Both the position numbers and the translations under genes were made by a program. The notes beneath the pieces are model-generated. The model made no database searches and was not told the origin of the DNA. It saw only the letters and a program-made list of their open reading frames with translations. 64,000 bases of DNA from Cyanidioschyzon merolae (Eukaryota): the NCBI GenBank assembly GCA_000091205.1, contig AP006496.2; one strand, given 5' to 3'. How positions within the stretch are numbered: position 1 is the first letter of the stretch; every line of letters begins with the position of its first letter. Of this stretch, positions 42,023 through 53,299 are shown in pieces.

Positions 42023-43693
42023 ATGAGCGAACACTATCGAAACAGTCTGCGTTGGTGCATAGGACTACACCGAAGTTTGTTGTCGTGGCCGCAGAAACGG
42101 CCAGGTTGCCAACGCACTGGGTTGCGGTCTCCAGTGACCGGGACGCACAAAGCACCGGTTACTGCTCACTGGAAAACGCGGGATCATGAACGTGCCGTAA
42201 AGCATACTGCGTCTTTGTGGGCCGGCGGACAAAAACGGTTTCCCTGGCGCGGAGACTTTGACGTCTTGGCTCCATGCGTGCCGCTACTTCGTTTTCCCAG
42301 TTCGAAACGACAGCTTGTAGCGAGTAGACACGACGAGGCTGGAAGCGAGCACGCCCCTGCGGACCAGCACAAGTGCGAGCACATCGCCACCGTATCGTTG
42401 GAAGGAGCGCTTGCAAAAGACCCTGTCTCCACGGGCGTCTATGCCGCAGTGCAGGACCCGGAGCGCTCCACCAGCACAGAGCATACGCAGCGTGCTCCCG
42501 CGTCACCGAGCGGCACGTCGCGGAAACGACCACGGAATATGACACCATATCGACCGGTGCGCTCAGAAGTGGACTACCGAGCACTCGTCGACGACGAGCT
42601 ACCCCGTATCGTCAAGGGGCTCGGTCTTGGGCCGACGGCAGTGCTCGCGCTGGATCCGCAACATCCTGGACCGACTGAACAAGCCAAAAATGCATACCTT
42701 TCGTGGCTAACCGCTGGGTATCACGGCAGTATGGAGTACATGGCCCGGACGGATCGCATACGGCGGGCTTTGAACTACGAACAAATCCTGCCTGGTGTTC
42801 GAGCGATCGTTGTAACGACACTGTTCTACTGGCCGGGCAAGTCGGGGTTCACCGCACCCGCAGACGCCGCAACACCGAACCGAGGCACCGTCTCCTGCTA
42901 CGCGTGGGGTCAGGACTACCACCGCACGCTGGGGCAAAAGCTGAAGCAGCTCGCAGAGGAGATTCATGCATACGCAGGAGGTCAGGGGCGCTACTACGTG
43001 GACACCGGTGCTTTGCTGGAACGACATATCGGCGAAAGTGCTGGCCTGGGTTTTGTGGGAAAAAATAGTCTGCTCATTCATCCGCAGCTCGGAAGTGGCT
43101 TCTTTCTTGGGGAGGTCCTAACGACGCTGCCGCTTCCGAGCAAACGGCCGGATCTCTCTGGACGCGGTGGCTGCGGACGTTGTCGAAAATGTCGGACGGC
43201 TTGTCCAACTGGAGCGATTGTCGAAGACCGAGTTGTCGATGCTCGACGATGCATCTCTTACTTGACGATTGAACTGAAAGATGCGATTCCGGAAGAATAC
43301 CGCGAAGCGATCGGCTCCCTCATCTACGGCTGCGATATCTGCCAACAGGTATGTCCCTGGAATCAATTCGACTGGGAGGGATCACCTACGAGCCCGCTTT
43401 TCGGTGAGGTACCCCAGGATGTCCGCGAACCGGATCTCTTGGCGTTACTGGACCTGAACGAGGTTTCTTTTCAAGAACGATTCAGGGATTCACCGATACG
43501 GCGGATCGGCCTTGAGCGCCTCCAGCGGAACGTGCTTGTAGCGCTGGGTAATGTGGGGAATCCGCACCAGTCAAGAGCTCGTCTCGTTCGATTTCTTGAG
43601 GAGAATGAAAGCGAATTACTGCGAGAACATGCCCGTTGGGCGCTTGATCGCATTGAACGGCGAGAAAAAGCTGCTGCGCCTTTTGCAGGTTGA
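42023..43693 (+). CDS. queG: Epoxyqueuosine reductase QueG-like (tRNA queuosine biosynthesis), with ~180-aa N-terminal extension
   Basis: Ferredoxin-type 4Fe-4S motifs 'CGRCRKCRTACPTGAI' and 'CDICQQVCPWN'. The QueG-typical 'ISYLTIELKDAIPEEYREAIGSLIYG' and the C-terminal HEAT-like tail 'LQRNVLVALGNVGNP…LREHARWALDRI'. N-terminal part of the domain 'AYLSWLTAGYHGSMEYMARTDRIRRALNYEQILPGVRAIVV'. Confidence 0.75.
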   Translation: MSEHYRNSLRWCIGLHRSLLSWPQKRPGCQRTGLRSPVTGTHKAPVTAHWKTRDHERAVKHTASLWAGGQKRFPWRGDFDVLAPCVPLLRFPSSKRQLVASRHDEAGSEHAPADQHKCEHIATVSLEGALAKDPVSTGVYAAVQDPERSTSTEHTQRAPASPSGTSRKRPRNMTPYRPVRSEVDYRALVDDELPRIVKGLGLGPTAVLALDPQHPGPTEQAKNAYLSWLTAGYHGSMEYMARTDRIRRALNYEQILPGVRAIVVTTLFYWPGKSGFTAPADAATPNRGTVSCYAWGQDYHRTLGQKLKQLAEEIHAYAGGQGRYYVDTGALLERHIGESAGLGFVGKNSLLIHPQLGSGFFLGEVLTTLPLPSKRPDLSGRGGCGRCRKCRTACPTGAIVEDRVVDARRCISYLTIELKDAIPEEYREAIGSLIYGCDICQQVCPWNQFDWEGSPTSPLFGEVPQDVREPDLLALLDLNEVSFQERFRDSPIRRIGLERLQRNVLVALGNVGNPHQSRARLVRFLEENESELLREHARWALDRIERREKAAAPFAG

Positions 43694-45036
43694 GGTCTTG
43701 CGCAGCCTGCCCCCGAAATCCGCCTCTGATCACGTTGGACAGGAGCGGCGGCGACGCCAGCCACTAGCACCGAAGCAACTGAAGCAGACGCAGACCAGCG
43801 AATGTTGTTTGCCCTCGATGAGTGTGACGTGAAGAGACTGCTTTTTTTTTCTGTGTGTCGCCTAGCCGGTGATGCGCATGGCGTCCGCTGCCGCTTTCGA
43901 ACAAACATCGAGCGTCAGCGTGGTGGACTTGTGCGTGTTTGCTGCTCTCTGTATCAACCAGGCTGAATCGGCGTCCAGCTGCAGCACCACTTGGCACCGA
44001 AACCCAGGGCCACGACAGTCAGGGCATATGCCTCATCTTGAACTTGTTGTGCTTGGAAAGTTGAAGCAATTCTTGTGCTTTAGGAATTTACGCGGAGAAC
44101 CGTGTACGCACAGACTCATACATGTGTGCAGGGCGTCGTGGACTGTGTACATACTGCGCTCCATGTATAAACTCATAGAAATGTGCATGTCTATGTGCGG
44201 ATACACATCAACAAGCAATATCGTCGTGCGTACACGCGCACTATTCAAGGCAGCAACGGATGTGTGGATACGCTGTCGTATGTGCAACTGTTCAGCGAGG
44301 TTATTCGCGACCCTTTGGATATCCGTACATCCCATGCTTGTTGGAGATTCCGGTGCCTCTTCAAGTCATTCAGATCAAGTCGTGAAATCGGTGACTAACG
44401 ACAATGTCATTGGATGATCAGCGTTGAAAGAAGGATTCAGCAAGCAGCCATGGGCGGCTACTCGTCTAGTCGCTGTCGCTGTCGATACGTCCCCTTTTTG
44501 TCCACGCCGCTAATCGCTCTCCGTATGCCATGCGTTTCCTCGGACATTCTCATTGGACCTGCTGCTTGCGCCTTGCGAAACATTCCATACGCAACAGCAG
44601 GGGTCACTGTGTTCGCCACGGTGATCGAGCGCTCATCCTCAGTACCATCATCGATTCCCGACCAGCTGCTGATGCGTTACGGAAAGCGCCGCCTCACGTG
44701 ACGCTCGCGAGCGAGCCTACCTTCCAAGTGAAAGCGAACGTGCCACGCTGACTTCACCATCGCAGAGGGTGCACGTTTCCAAGACCTAGCTTGAATGCGC
44801 TGCCCTGGGCGCGCGATACACCGTTCTGTTGAACCTGCAGCACGAGCCTCGTCATTCGAGACACACATATGATGCTCGCGCATAGCGCTGAACCTGTATG
44901 CCCGCCAAGTACATGGCTCATGCTTTATGTTTGCGGAGCTTTGGCATGTATCGCAGACGAGTCGCTTCACGTCAGGTTGCAGTTGTGATCGCTCCTCGTA
45001 TCGAGAAACTCGCCACGAAACAACCCGCGCCTCTCA

Positions 45037-48000
45037 TCAAGCGTTTGCCTTGTGATCGTCCAAGCTCTGTGCACAGATCGCATGAAATTTTTTCAGAAAA
45101 CGCTCGAAATTTTCAGTTACAACATAGACACCATCATGCCTTGATACACGAACGTACGGCGGCGGATTTGTCAGAACGTACGGAAGACTATTCTGTGGAG
45201 TGCCCAGATTAAGGATTCGATTCGGAAACGGTAGACGACGCTGTCCGCAACTCCAGAACGTTAACCATGAAAAGCATGTCCGTTGTCGACGCTGTCCCGG
45301 GGTTGCACCGTCCACGCCCGTATCCAGCTCCGTCAACGGTTCCAGGATACGCTCCATGAATTCTTCGGAATCGATGTCCAGTCGCCGTGCAAGATCGCTG
45401 ACCAAGTCGAGTATGGACTCGTAGGGTTTCATGGAGCCTTCATCCTTATGATCGTTGGAACTAAAGCGACTGAGCAACATCTGATGGAGATCAGCGACGC
45501 TCACCCGCACATTATGGTGGAAACCGCGGTACAGTCCGTAAGGCAGCGCACCCGCTCTTATCACGATTTCGAGTAATTCGACGTAACGAATGTCGTGGAT
45601 TTCCGCTGGTACATTGGCCAGATGCAAATGCGCTCGACTAATCCGGATTCGTCGTCCGCGATGATCAAAGCGACTCACCGGCATGCCGAACAAGGACTTG
45701 GTGAGCAGTACCACACCCGGTAACGCGTGTTCCCGCGTCAAGAGCGCAGTCGCAAAGATGGAGGTTGCTGTAAGTTCCCCGCTAGCAAAGCGATTCCGAT
45801 ACCGAAAACCCTCGTCACCACCGACGTGTGCCTCGAAGACGCGAAGGGCAACGGTGCTGGGTACCGAAGACGGGGTTGCGTGGTTTCGGTACGCCCCGTG
45901 CTCGCGTGGAGTGTGCAGATCATCGTTTGGAGGCATCGTGGGTAGCACGTCAATGGGATGGTACACCTGCAAATGCCGAATCGGACGACGCTCGAACGGA
46001 TTCCCCAGACGCAAGTAGACTCGTCGGGGTGCGGCTGCTGGCACCATCTCTAGCGCCTGATGCCGAGACAATTCCGAGGTCACATATACATCGCACTGAT
46101 AGTGGCGCAGTAGCAGATCCAAGTTCACCATGGAAAACACTTCCAGGCCAGAGAGGGTTGTTTCTGGCTCCACGAAACCCTGAGCGGTGTCGTTGCTCAC
46201 GAGTACAATGGCATGCGCATGGGCAGCTTGCACCCGCGCAAGGTCCGATATGCGGAGCACTGAACCCGCCACATGTCTGAGCGGACCATACTTGGCTGCT
46301 ATCTCAGCAAAGTGGGACTCATTGGAAAGCGACGGGACCAGAACGAGCACTTCAAAGTTCGCTACTTTCCAGCCGTTCGGTGCCGAGAACCCCGGCTCCT
46401 GCGATGGCGCACTCGAGTCTGCGTTGACACGAACGTAACTCACGGACGACCGCAGTGCCTTGGTAAAAAGCTCCAAAAAGACCGTGCTTAGCGTTGAGCT
46501 GCAAGTCGCGAGAATAACCGTGGCCTCTTTCGGTGCCTCGTCTTCATCAACGTCATCATCAGAGTTTCGAAGTTGATCACCTGCGTCCTGCTCGCTGCCG
46601 GGCTCCGATGACTCGGACGCAGACCTTCTCGCGAAATCTGCCAAAGGGCGGCTTTCCGCAGTGGCATCCAGACTCGTCCGCTTGACGACACCAGCAGTGG
46701 CAGCTCGGGTGTCATGAGCGCGCTCGGTCGACAGCACAGACGGAAACGCAGACGCTGACACGGCCTCTTGGCGCTTTTGCGAGTCGTTGGATACCGCCGT
46801 GTTCCTGCGGCTGCGTGCTCTGCGTTGCTGGAGACGAAGCTTCTCCGCCGATGCAGCGGTATTGAGACGGCCTCGCCCGGTACCCAGCTCCACTTCGGGC
46901 AACGCAACCTCGACCAGGCCGAAACGAGTCCACCCGCTGGAGCGTGACTGCTTGCTCAACCGCGTGTTGTTGCTCGATGTGTCAGCGTCGTCCCGATCGA
47001 GGCTTTTGCGTAGCTCCCAGAGATCATCGACGGCTCTGGTGCTGTAGAGCCAGGAGATCACAGGACGAAACTGATGCCGAGCACACAGAATAAAAAGCAA
47101 CCCTCGGGTTCCTATTTTGTGCCGGGGATTGTACAGCACACGCCATGCTCCAGCCGAATCGAGTATCAGCAGCCCCGCCACCGCCACTTCAAAGCGCAGG
47201 TACAGCTCAAGTGCCAGTTCGCCGAGACGCACCCCAGCTAGCCGCTCTGGCAACGAGATTCGCCGTAACTTGTGCCGAACACCAGTCTTGTACTCAAGAA
47301 TAGACAACGAGTCGCCGAAACATAACGGTCGATCGATACGGGGATCAGCTAGCATATTCCGGACAAGCGTGGACGCCCCATTACAATGCACATTGGCTGC
47401 CAACAAGTACGCTGCAAACTCCAGCTGACAGAGCGTCCGAGTTTCGTACTCCAAGAGTCCCGCCTGTACTGCATCTTCCGTATCCCGCGGATGCTCATCA
47501 GCATCTATCAGACACTGAGTCTGGATGAAGAGATCTTCCAGCTGGCGAACTGCATAAGGCGTCTGGAAGAGGATATGCAGCGGGAGTCGCGGGTAGTGCA
47601 TGCGAACTGTGCGCGCACGAAGCACCAGCGCAGCATCGTCAGCGATACGGTGCGTTTCGGTATAGGAGTCACGCGGCTCAACGCCCGAAAATAACAGGCA
47701 CATTTCAGCGTGACCGAGGTCCACGCGACGGCGGTCATAAGCCTCATAGACATTGCCTACGAGCAAACGAACGCGATCCGTGGCTTCAGTGTGCTGGAGC
47801 ACGTGTGTTTGGGGCTCGCTCAGGTAGAGATCATCAAGGAAGATGATAAAGTACGCCAGAGCATTGCGTTGTTCCGCATAGAAGACAGAGAGTGCTGCCT
47901 CCAATTGCGGGAGAGAAGGACGACCAGTCACCACAATGTGTCGCCGGTAACCACCAGCCCGGAAGGAGCCCTTACCCTCCTGACTCATCTTGTAAATATT

Positions 48001-49416
48001 CACAATATTCGCAATGGCGTACGCAAAGTAGGCAACCATAATTACGATCACAATGGTGACGTAGATGCGAGCGACGACATTGGTGGCCACATAGTCACCG
48101 TAACCTACGGTCGTTACCGTCACGATCGTGAAGTATATGGAGGATGTTGGGGTGAAATGGTTCGATCCGCTCGCGTACTCGATGTCAAACATGAGCATAG
48201 CGATGCTGAAGACAATGGCAAAGAGGTGAATGCTCAGAGAGACGACATAACGCCCGACACGGCCGATGTACATGTGATCCTCGCGCAACATGTCCCGATT
48301 GTATATATAGAAAAAGGCTTGCACTGCCGTGATTGAACGAAGAAAATTGAAGTTCACAAAAGAAACGTTCCCAGCGGCGGATCGCAGAGCCGATGGTATC
48401 GATAAACTCTCTGCAATCGCACTCAGGGTGAAGACGTGATTTCGATAGTACGGACCCCGGTGCGGCAGCAGAAAGACTCGAAATGCGTAATCCACGGCGA
48501 ACCATAGACCTACAGGCCAATAGTAAACACGTCCAATGTAATCACGACGAAGCTCGCCCTCAACATAGAAGATCACACAAGTAGCCAGATCGATCAGGAG
48601 TCGAATCCAGCTTAACGCCAAAGTCACACGAGAGCGTTCCATGGTCATCTCGAGGCGCTCGACGAGCAGCGAATATCGCAACGAGTCCTCAGTGACTATC
48701 GGTAGACGATCGCTTACAGGAGGAATCATTCGAGACCACCAGGGTGTCATGACTTTCATACTGAGATGCAAAGCTCGGGCTCGATTCACCCAGTTTTGAG
48801 CGTCGTTGGCGTCAGCGACACGCTCTGCGACAACACCCGAAGCGCCAACATGGCGTACTACGGGACCGTCCGGGATTGCAGTGCTTTCAACGCTTTCTAG
48901 GTCTGGTTCATGCAGCGACGCGGTCGCAACTCGTCCAGCGTCCAGCTGGGCTAACGACGAGTCTACTGGAAAGTCCGGCTTTTGCGAAGCCGCCTCCAAA
49001 ACGCCACGACTCAGCTGCAGCGGGCTCGACGCGCGGTTCGTTTTGCCAGTCTCGCGCTGCAGCAGACGCTCAAGGACATCAGGTTGTTCGAACACGGCAT
49101 CGGTGTCCGCTGCAGACCCGCTGAATTGCCCCTCGTCCGCGTCTTCATATGGTTTGAGCCACGCGAACACGCTCCGATCCGTCAAGGCTGGCGGTAAAAG
49201 ATGCCTGTTGAGCCGCGAGCGTAACCATAGTGCCGCCAGACGCCCGCGGGCCCGACGTCTAGCCAACAGGCGGAGGCGGCGAAGCGCACGAAAAAGGAGC
49301 AGCAGAAGAAAAGGCTTGAGAGCGACTACACAGAAGATAATAGAGCCCCAAACAAGGGAAAAGAGCAAACCTTTTACGTCGCTCAACCGTACACTATCTT
49401 GATCAGAAGAAGACAT
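45037..49416 (-). CDS. Slo/BK-like (RCK-domain) potassium channel, 1459 aa
   Basis: K+ selectivity filter 'FTIVTVTTVGYGDYV' preceded by hydrophobic helices. 'RHIVVTGRPSLPQLEAAL…' matches the start of the first RCK domain in Slo channels ('KHIVVCG…'). Long cytoplasmic C-terminus. Confidence 0.78.
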   Translation of the reverse strand: MSSSDQDSVRLSDVKGLLFSLVWGSIIFCVVALKPFLLLLLFRALRRLRLLARRRARGRLAALWLRSRLNRHLLPPALTDRSVFAWLKPYEDADEGQFSGSAADTDAVFEQPDVLERLLQRETGKTNRASSPLQLSRGVLEAASQKPDFPVDSSLAQLDAGRVATASLHEPDLESVESTAIPDGPVVRHVGASGVVAERVADANDAQNWVNRARALHLSMKVMTPWWSRMIPPVSDRLPIVTEDSLRYSLLVERLEMTMERSRVTLALSWIRLLIDLATCVIFYVEGELRRDYIGRVYYWPVGLWFAVDYAFRVFLLPHRGPYYRNHVFTLSAIAESLSIPSALRSAAGNVSFVNFNFLRSITAVQAFFYIYNRDMLREDHMYIGRVGRYVVSLSIHLFAIVFSIAMLMFDIEYASGSNHFTPTSSIYFTIVTVTTVGYGDYVATNVVARIYVTIVIVIMVAYFAYAIANIVNIYKMSQEGKGSFRAGGYRRHIVVTGRPSLPQLEAALSVFYAEQRNALAYFIIFLDDLYLSEPQTHVLQHTEATDRVRLLVGNVYEAYDRRRVDLGHAEMCLLFSGVEPRDSYTETHRIADDAALVLRARTVRMHYPRLPLHILFQTPYAVRQLEDLFIQTQCLIDADEHPRDTEDAVQAGLLEYETRTLCQLEFAAYLLAANVHCNGASTLVRNMLADPRIDRPLCFGDSLSILEYKTGVRHKLRRISLPERLAGVRLGELALELYLRFEVAVAGLLILDSAGAWRVLYNPRHKIGTRGLLFILCARHQFRPVISWLYSTRAVDDLWELRKSLDRDDADTSSNNTRLSKQSRSSGWTRFGLVEVALPEVELGTGRGRLNTAASAEKLRLQQRRARSRRNTAVSNDSQKRQEAVSASAFPSVLSTERAHDTRAATAGVVKRTSLDATAESRPLADFARRSASESSEPGSEQDAGDQLRNSDDDVDEDEAPKEATVILATCSSTLSTVFLELFTKALRSSVSYVRVNADSSAPSQEPGFSAPNGWKVANFEVLVLVPSLSNESHFAEIAAKYGPLRHVAGSVLRISDLARVQAAHAHAIVLVSNDTAQGFVEPETTLSGLEVFSMVNLDLLLRHYQCDVYVTSELSRHQALEMVPAAAPRRVYLRLGNPFERRPIRHLQVYHPIDVLPTMPPNDDLHTPREHGAYRNHATPSSVPSTVALRVFEAHVGGDEGFRYRNRFASGELTATSIFATALLTREHALPGVVLLTKSLFGMPVSRFDHRGRRIRISRAHLHLANVPAEIHDIRYVELLEIVIRAGALPYGLYRGFHHNVRVSVADLHQMLLSRFSSNDHKDEGSMKPYESILDLVSDLARRLDIDSEEFMERILEPLTELDTGVDGATPGQRRQRTCFSWLTFWSCGQRRLPFPNRILNLGTPQNSLPYVLTNPPPYVRVSRHDGVYVVTENFERFLKKFHAICAQSLDDHKANA

Positions 49417-51284
49417 TGTCCATCAAATAGCGATGTGCAGGTGTCCATGCGGTGCTGGCTTGACAACTGAGGTGCTCAGCGGTTTCTGGTGCTCGTTCCA
49501 AGTCGGAACCCAAACGGGTCAAGTGCTGGCCTGCCGCCACAGCGGGGCGTCGGCCTCGGCGCTGATCGAAGATTATCGTTTATTGGACAGAATGCTTGTA
49601 TGGACTAGGGATGCTAGATTCCGCGATGGATAGTGACATCCAGGAACGCGCAGATCATTCTTGACGCTACATCCACGTTAGATTATTTATACTCGTTCTC
49701 GGAGATTCTGGTCATTTCCTGCGACAAAAAACTGCCGAGGCTGTCTTGAGCACCCGCAATAACGCCCATACAACCGGTGCGGATTCAGTACGGAGACGAA
49801 ACGGCTTCGAAATACTCCCGGGAGCGTCGGCTCGAGGCACGCTTCACTAGTCACAGAATCGGGATGCATCATCATTCTGGGAGCCTGAATCCTGCGCATA
49901 CGGAAGCACTGCCTGTGGAGGCGCGAAGCGATGTGCTAGGAGTCCACTGCGACCATAGCGACGCCCCTACGCAGCTTACCAGCTACGGGTCCCAGAATGA
50001 AATGCGTTTCGGACAAGCAGCCATGTATTGGCTCAGCACCCGTCAGTGCAGAAGCACACAAAGCGCTGGCCCAGAACACTCATCCGGCTCGCAGGACCTG
50101 CCTCTTAGACGTAAATGGTCGAATATACAGGGAATGTTTTCCCCTTTCATCGCTCACCATATCCATTCAAACACCAGGTTCTCGAGTTGCTAGTGCGCAT
50201 TTCGTTTCTTCGAGATTGCTCATGCACACGATTCTACCCGCCGCTGCGTCTTCTCTCCGTGCATTGCCGGGCACAGCAGCAGGCACACAGCACCCCGAGT
50301 GACATATGAACTGGGCATGCACTCCGAAGGGAAGCATGTTCAGTGACTAGCTTAACTTGGAGGTCGGATGCGGCATGATGGGCGTTTTCACTTATGTCGA
50401 TACCTTTCGCGTACAATAGCGCGTCGTCGGTTCCTCTGGGGGTTCCGTCGATCAAAAACACAGGCGCGATGCTGTGCGGGTAGCCGCGCGAAGCACTGCT
50501 TCCAAATAGCGTCAAGGCGAGATATCTTTTGATGATTGATCCACGAATCTGACCAGCAATCCCCGGGATATGCAACCGCTGCCTATACCCAGGGAAGCGA
50601 GCCCTCATGTGCTTCGGAGACCTCTGGGTCACGTGAATCACGCTCCAGTCTGACTGTCGAGAATGAGCGTTTCATTCACCAAACGAGCCTCCAAGCGTTG
50701 AATCCTAGTCCAGCACCGGACATAGCACCAGCAAACGCGGGCATCTCAGCACAGAACACGCGTATCGTGCCTGCAAAGAAGACTTCACTCGCAGGATTTG
50801 ATGTTTTTCTCACTGCATCCATCGATGGCAAGCGCCATGGTTAAATGCCTACCCGCTAGAATCTTTCCCGAGAATAGAGGATCGTTTACCATGACCAGGG
50901 ATTCCCCACTGCACGACGCTCACTGGTATCCGAGAGCGTGTCGCTTGTTCCGCACCTCACCGTCAGGGTCCATTGGCGAACCCGCTTCATCACTGTCCAG
51001 GATATGCTGGAGCATACCGAACGCAGTCAGCTGGGTACACGTGTGGGAAGCAGCCCGTCGAGAAGCGTGGCGCTGGGCGAGCTACATCTCCCGACGTGGC
51101 GGAACGGGTGCAAAGCATCCCAAAACAGCTTCCGTTCGTTGCTTGAAGCAAGTGCAGGCACCGGATACCGTTCAAAAGCGCTTTCATACGTATCACGTTC
51201 GGTTCGAAAGAGCGCTTCGTCCAAGTCGGGACTGGACGACGTTCGTGTGTTTCCGGAAGTGGAGACGCAAGTCGGCGACAATCC

Positions 51285-52235
51285 TTGTTTTACAGCTCCC
51301 GCAACAGTCGTAACAGCGCGATGCTCCAAGCCAAAGAGGCATCGTTCGGCTCGAGCCAGCCGGTAGCTATCATAACGGGTGCATCCCGGGGGATAGGTCG
51401 GGCTATCGCCTTGACCCTTGCCGAGAGGGACCGCATGGTTCTCGTACTCGCGGCTAAGAGCCGGGTGTCTCGTGCAAACCTGCCTGGAACTGTGCAGAGC
51501 GTCGCTGACGAGTGCCTGGCTCGTGGTGCTGCTGCGGTTCTCCCGTTCCCGCTTGACGTCCGTGACGACCAAGGGATCGAGCGAATGGTGCACGAGACGC
51601 TACAGCGATTCGGTCGAATCGACGTGCTGGTGTGCAACGCTGGTGCTTTATGGTGGAAACCGGTGGCCGAGACGCCCCTCGAGCGCTTCGATCTCGTCCA
51701 TGGTGTCAACGCCCGAGGCTCGTTTGCCTGTGCCCGCGCAGTTCTGCCCGCTATGGTGCGTCAAAAGACCGGCCTCATTATAACGATGTCGCCGCCGGTA
51801 GAGCTTGACGCGCTTCCCGGAATGACCGGGTATTTGATAAGCAAGTTCGGAATGACCATGCTGGTTCACGGGCTTGGTGGCGAGCTTGCCGGCACTGGCG
51901 TCACCTCGGTGGCTCTTTGGCCAGCTACGATGGTAGAGTCTTTCGCGACGAAGAACTTCCAGCTCGGAGATCGCTCGCAATGGCGAAAAGCCAGCATTAT
52001 CGCTGATTGCGTCCACATGCTTCTCCATGACCCTGAGCGCAACGCATTGAGCGGTCGTGCGCTCATCGACGAAGACTACATGCGCTCTCGCGGTATCCGA
52101 GACTTTTCCCAGTACCGCTGCGATCCAGATGTGGAGCCAGAGCGAGCCTGGCCTCCACGCAAACCGTGGGCATCAACCGCGAAGGACCCCAGAGCGCTAC
52201 CACCTGGTGTCTCGCTAGCACCGTCCAAATTATGA
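51285..52235 (+). CDS. Short-chain dehydrogenase/reductase, HSDL2-like (probable start at Met 51321)
   Basis: Rossmann 'VAIITGASRGIGRAIALTL', 'VLVCNAGAL' (NAG motif), catalytic 'YLISK' (YxxxK). '…GTVQSVADECLARGAAAVLPFPLDVRDD' resembles the HSDL2 N-terminal SDR domain. Confidence 0.8.
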   Translation: MFYSSRNSRNSAMLQAKEASFGSSQPVAIITGASRGIGRAIALTLAERDRMVLVLAAKSRVSRANLPGTVQSVADECLARGAAAVLPFPLDVRDDQGIERMVHETLQRFGRIDVLVCNAGALWWKPVAETPLERFDLVHGVNARGSFACARAVLPAMVRQKTGLIITMSPPVELDALPGMTGYLISKFGMTMLVHGLGGELAGTGVTSVALWPATMVESFATKNFQLGDRSQWRKASIIADCVHMLLHDPERNALSGRALIDEDYMRSRGIRDFSQYRCDPDVEPERAWPPRKPWASTAKDPRALPPGVSLAPSKL

Positions 52236-53299
52236 GGTTTGCTGAAGCATGCACTGGAATGCGCAAGCTAGCATCTCGAACGTAGTGCACAGGTCGAGAT
52301 CGCTGGGTCAGGTATCAAAGCCTCGTGCGCCTTCACATCGAAACATGTGCAGTGATCGCGCTGGAGCATCGCGCCTGGCAACTGGTATAGCAGGTGTTTA
52401 TCTACAAAGCGCTGCGCTCTTTTCAATGCGCTCACCCGGATACCTCCAGATACGAACGACAAACGGGGATAATCGAACCTTGATTCGGTTGCAGAGCGCG
52501 GCAATCGTCACCAGCAGCCTTTGAAAGCGCCTGAGCTCTCCTCAGTACCGAGTTCCGCTGTGTATCCTTCGCTCAGGTGTCCATAGTCCAGATGACTGCG
52601 TTCTCCATTTTCGAGATACGGAGCTGATAAACGTGCTAATGGATATGCACTCGGCAAGCTAAACGCCAGCTCTGTAACGGAGATGTAGAAGAACAGGATT
52701 CAAGAGTCGCGAGGCATCCGTCAGCGAGGACTGGTTCACAGCCACCGACAATCTCTATAGGCAACGCAGCGTCGGACGGCCTGCTTGCTTCATGGTGCGA
52801 GCATGCTCATAAACACTCTATGACATGTTGTACTCGTTTGCATTCGTTGCCGATGCTTTCGATACATACAAAACCACAGGTGGCAGTGGAGAGGCAACCA
52901 TGACGCGCCTCCACTGGAAGCCTCTGAGCTGATGCCCACTCCATACAGCATGGAAACAGGCGACGAGGTACCCGCAACCTCCAGCGCATTATCGAACGCT
53001 GGACCCGAAACGCTTCCCGCTTCATCATCACCTTTGAAGGCTCAACGTCAGCGCCAACCACAGCAGTGCAGCAGAGGCGAGCGTCCGTCCTTCGCTAACT
53101 AGCTCATACAGCAGTCGCATGATCGGAGATGTTGCTGCTGTAGCGCTCCATGCTTCATTCCCTCCTGGGTGCAATCACTCTTGTGTGCACGTAAGATGCC
53201 TCCGCATCGAAACAAAAGCCGTTTTCGCTGGCTTAACTCATCGTTTCGATACTGAATGCGCTCGAAGCATACCCCAAGGCGCAGTGAACGGAACACGCG

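Noticed and set aside
47710-48336. 208-aa plus-strand ORF, and the 198-aa ORF at 48806..49402, antisense to the K+ channel gene
   Set aside because: Both sit opposite the channel's TM/pore and N-terminal regions. No domain recognised. Attributed to GC-rich antisense frames.
50798-51593. 171-aa (+) and 188-aa (-) ORFs in the divergent intergenic region between the K+ channel and SDR genes
   Set aside because: No motifs recognised. The minus ORF overlaps the SDR start. The region is more plausibly promoter/5'-UTR sequence.
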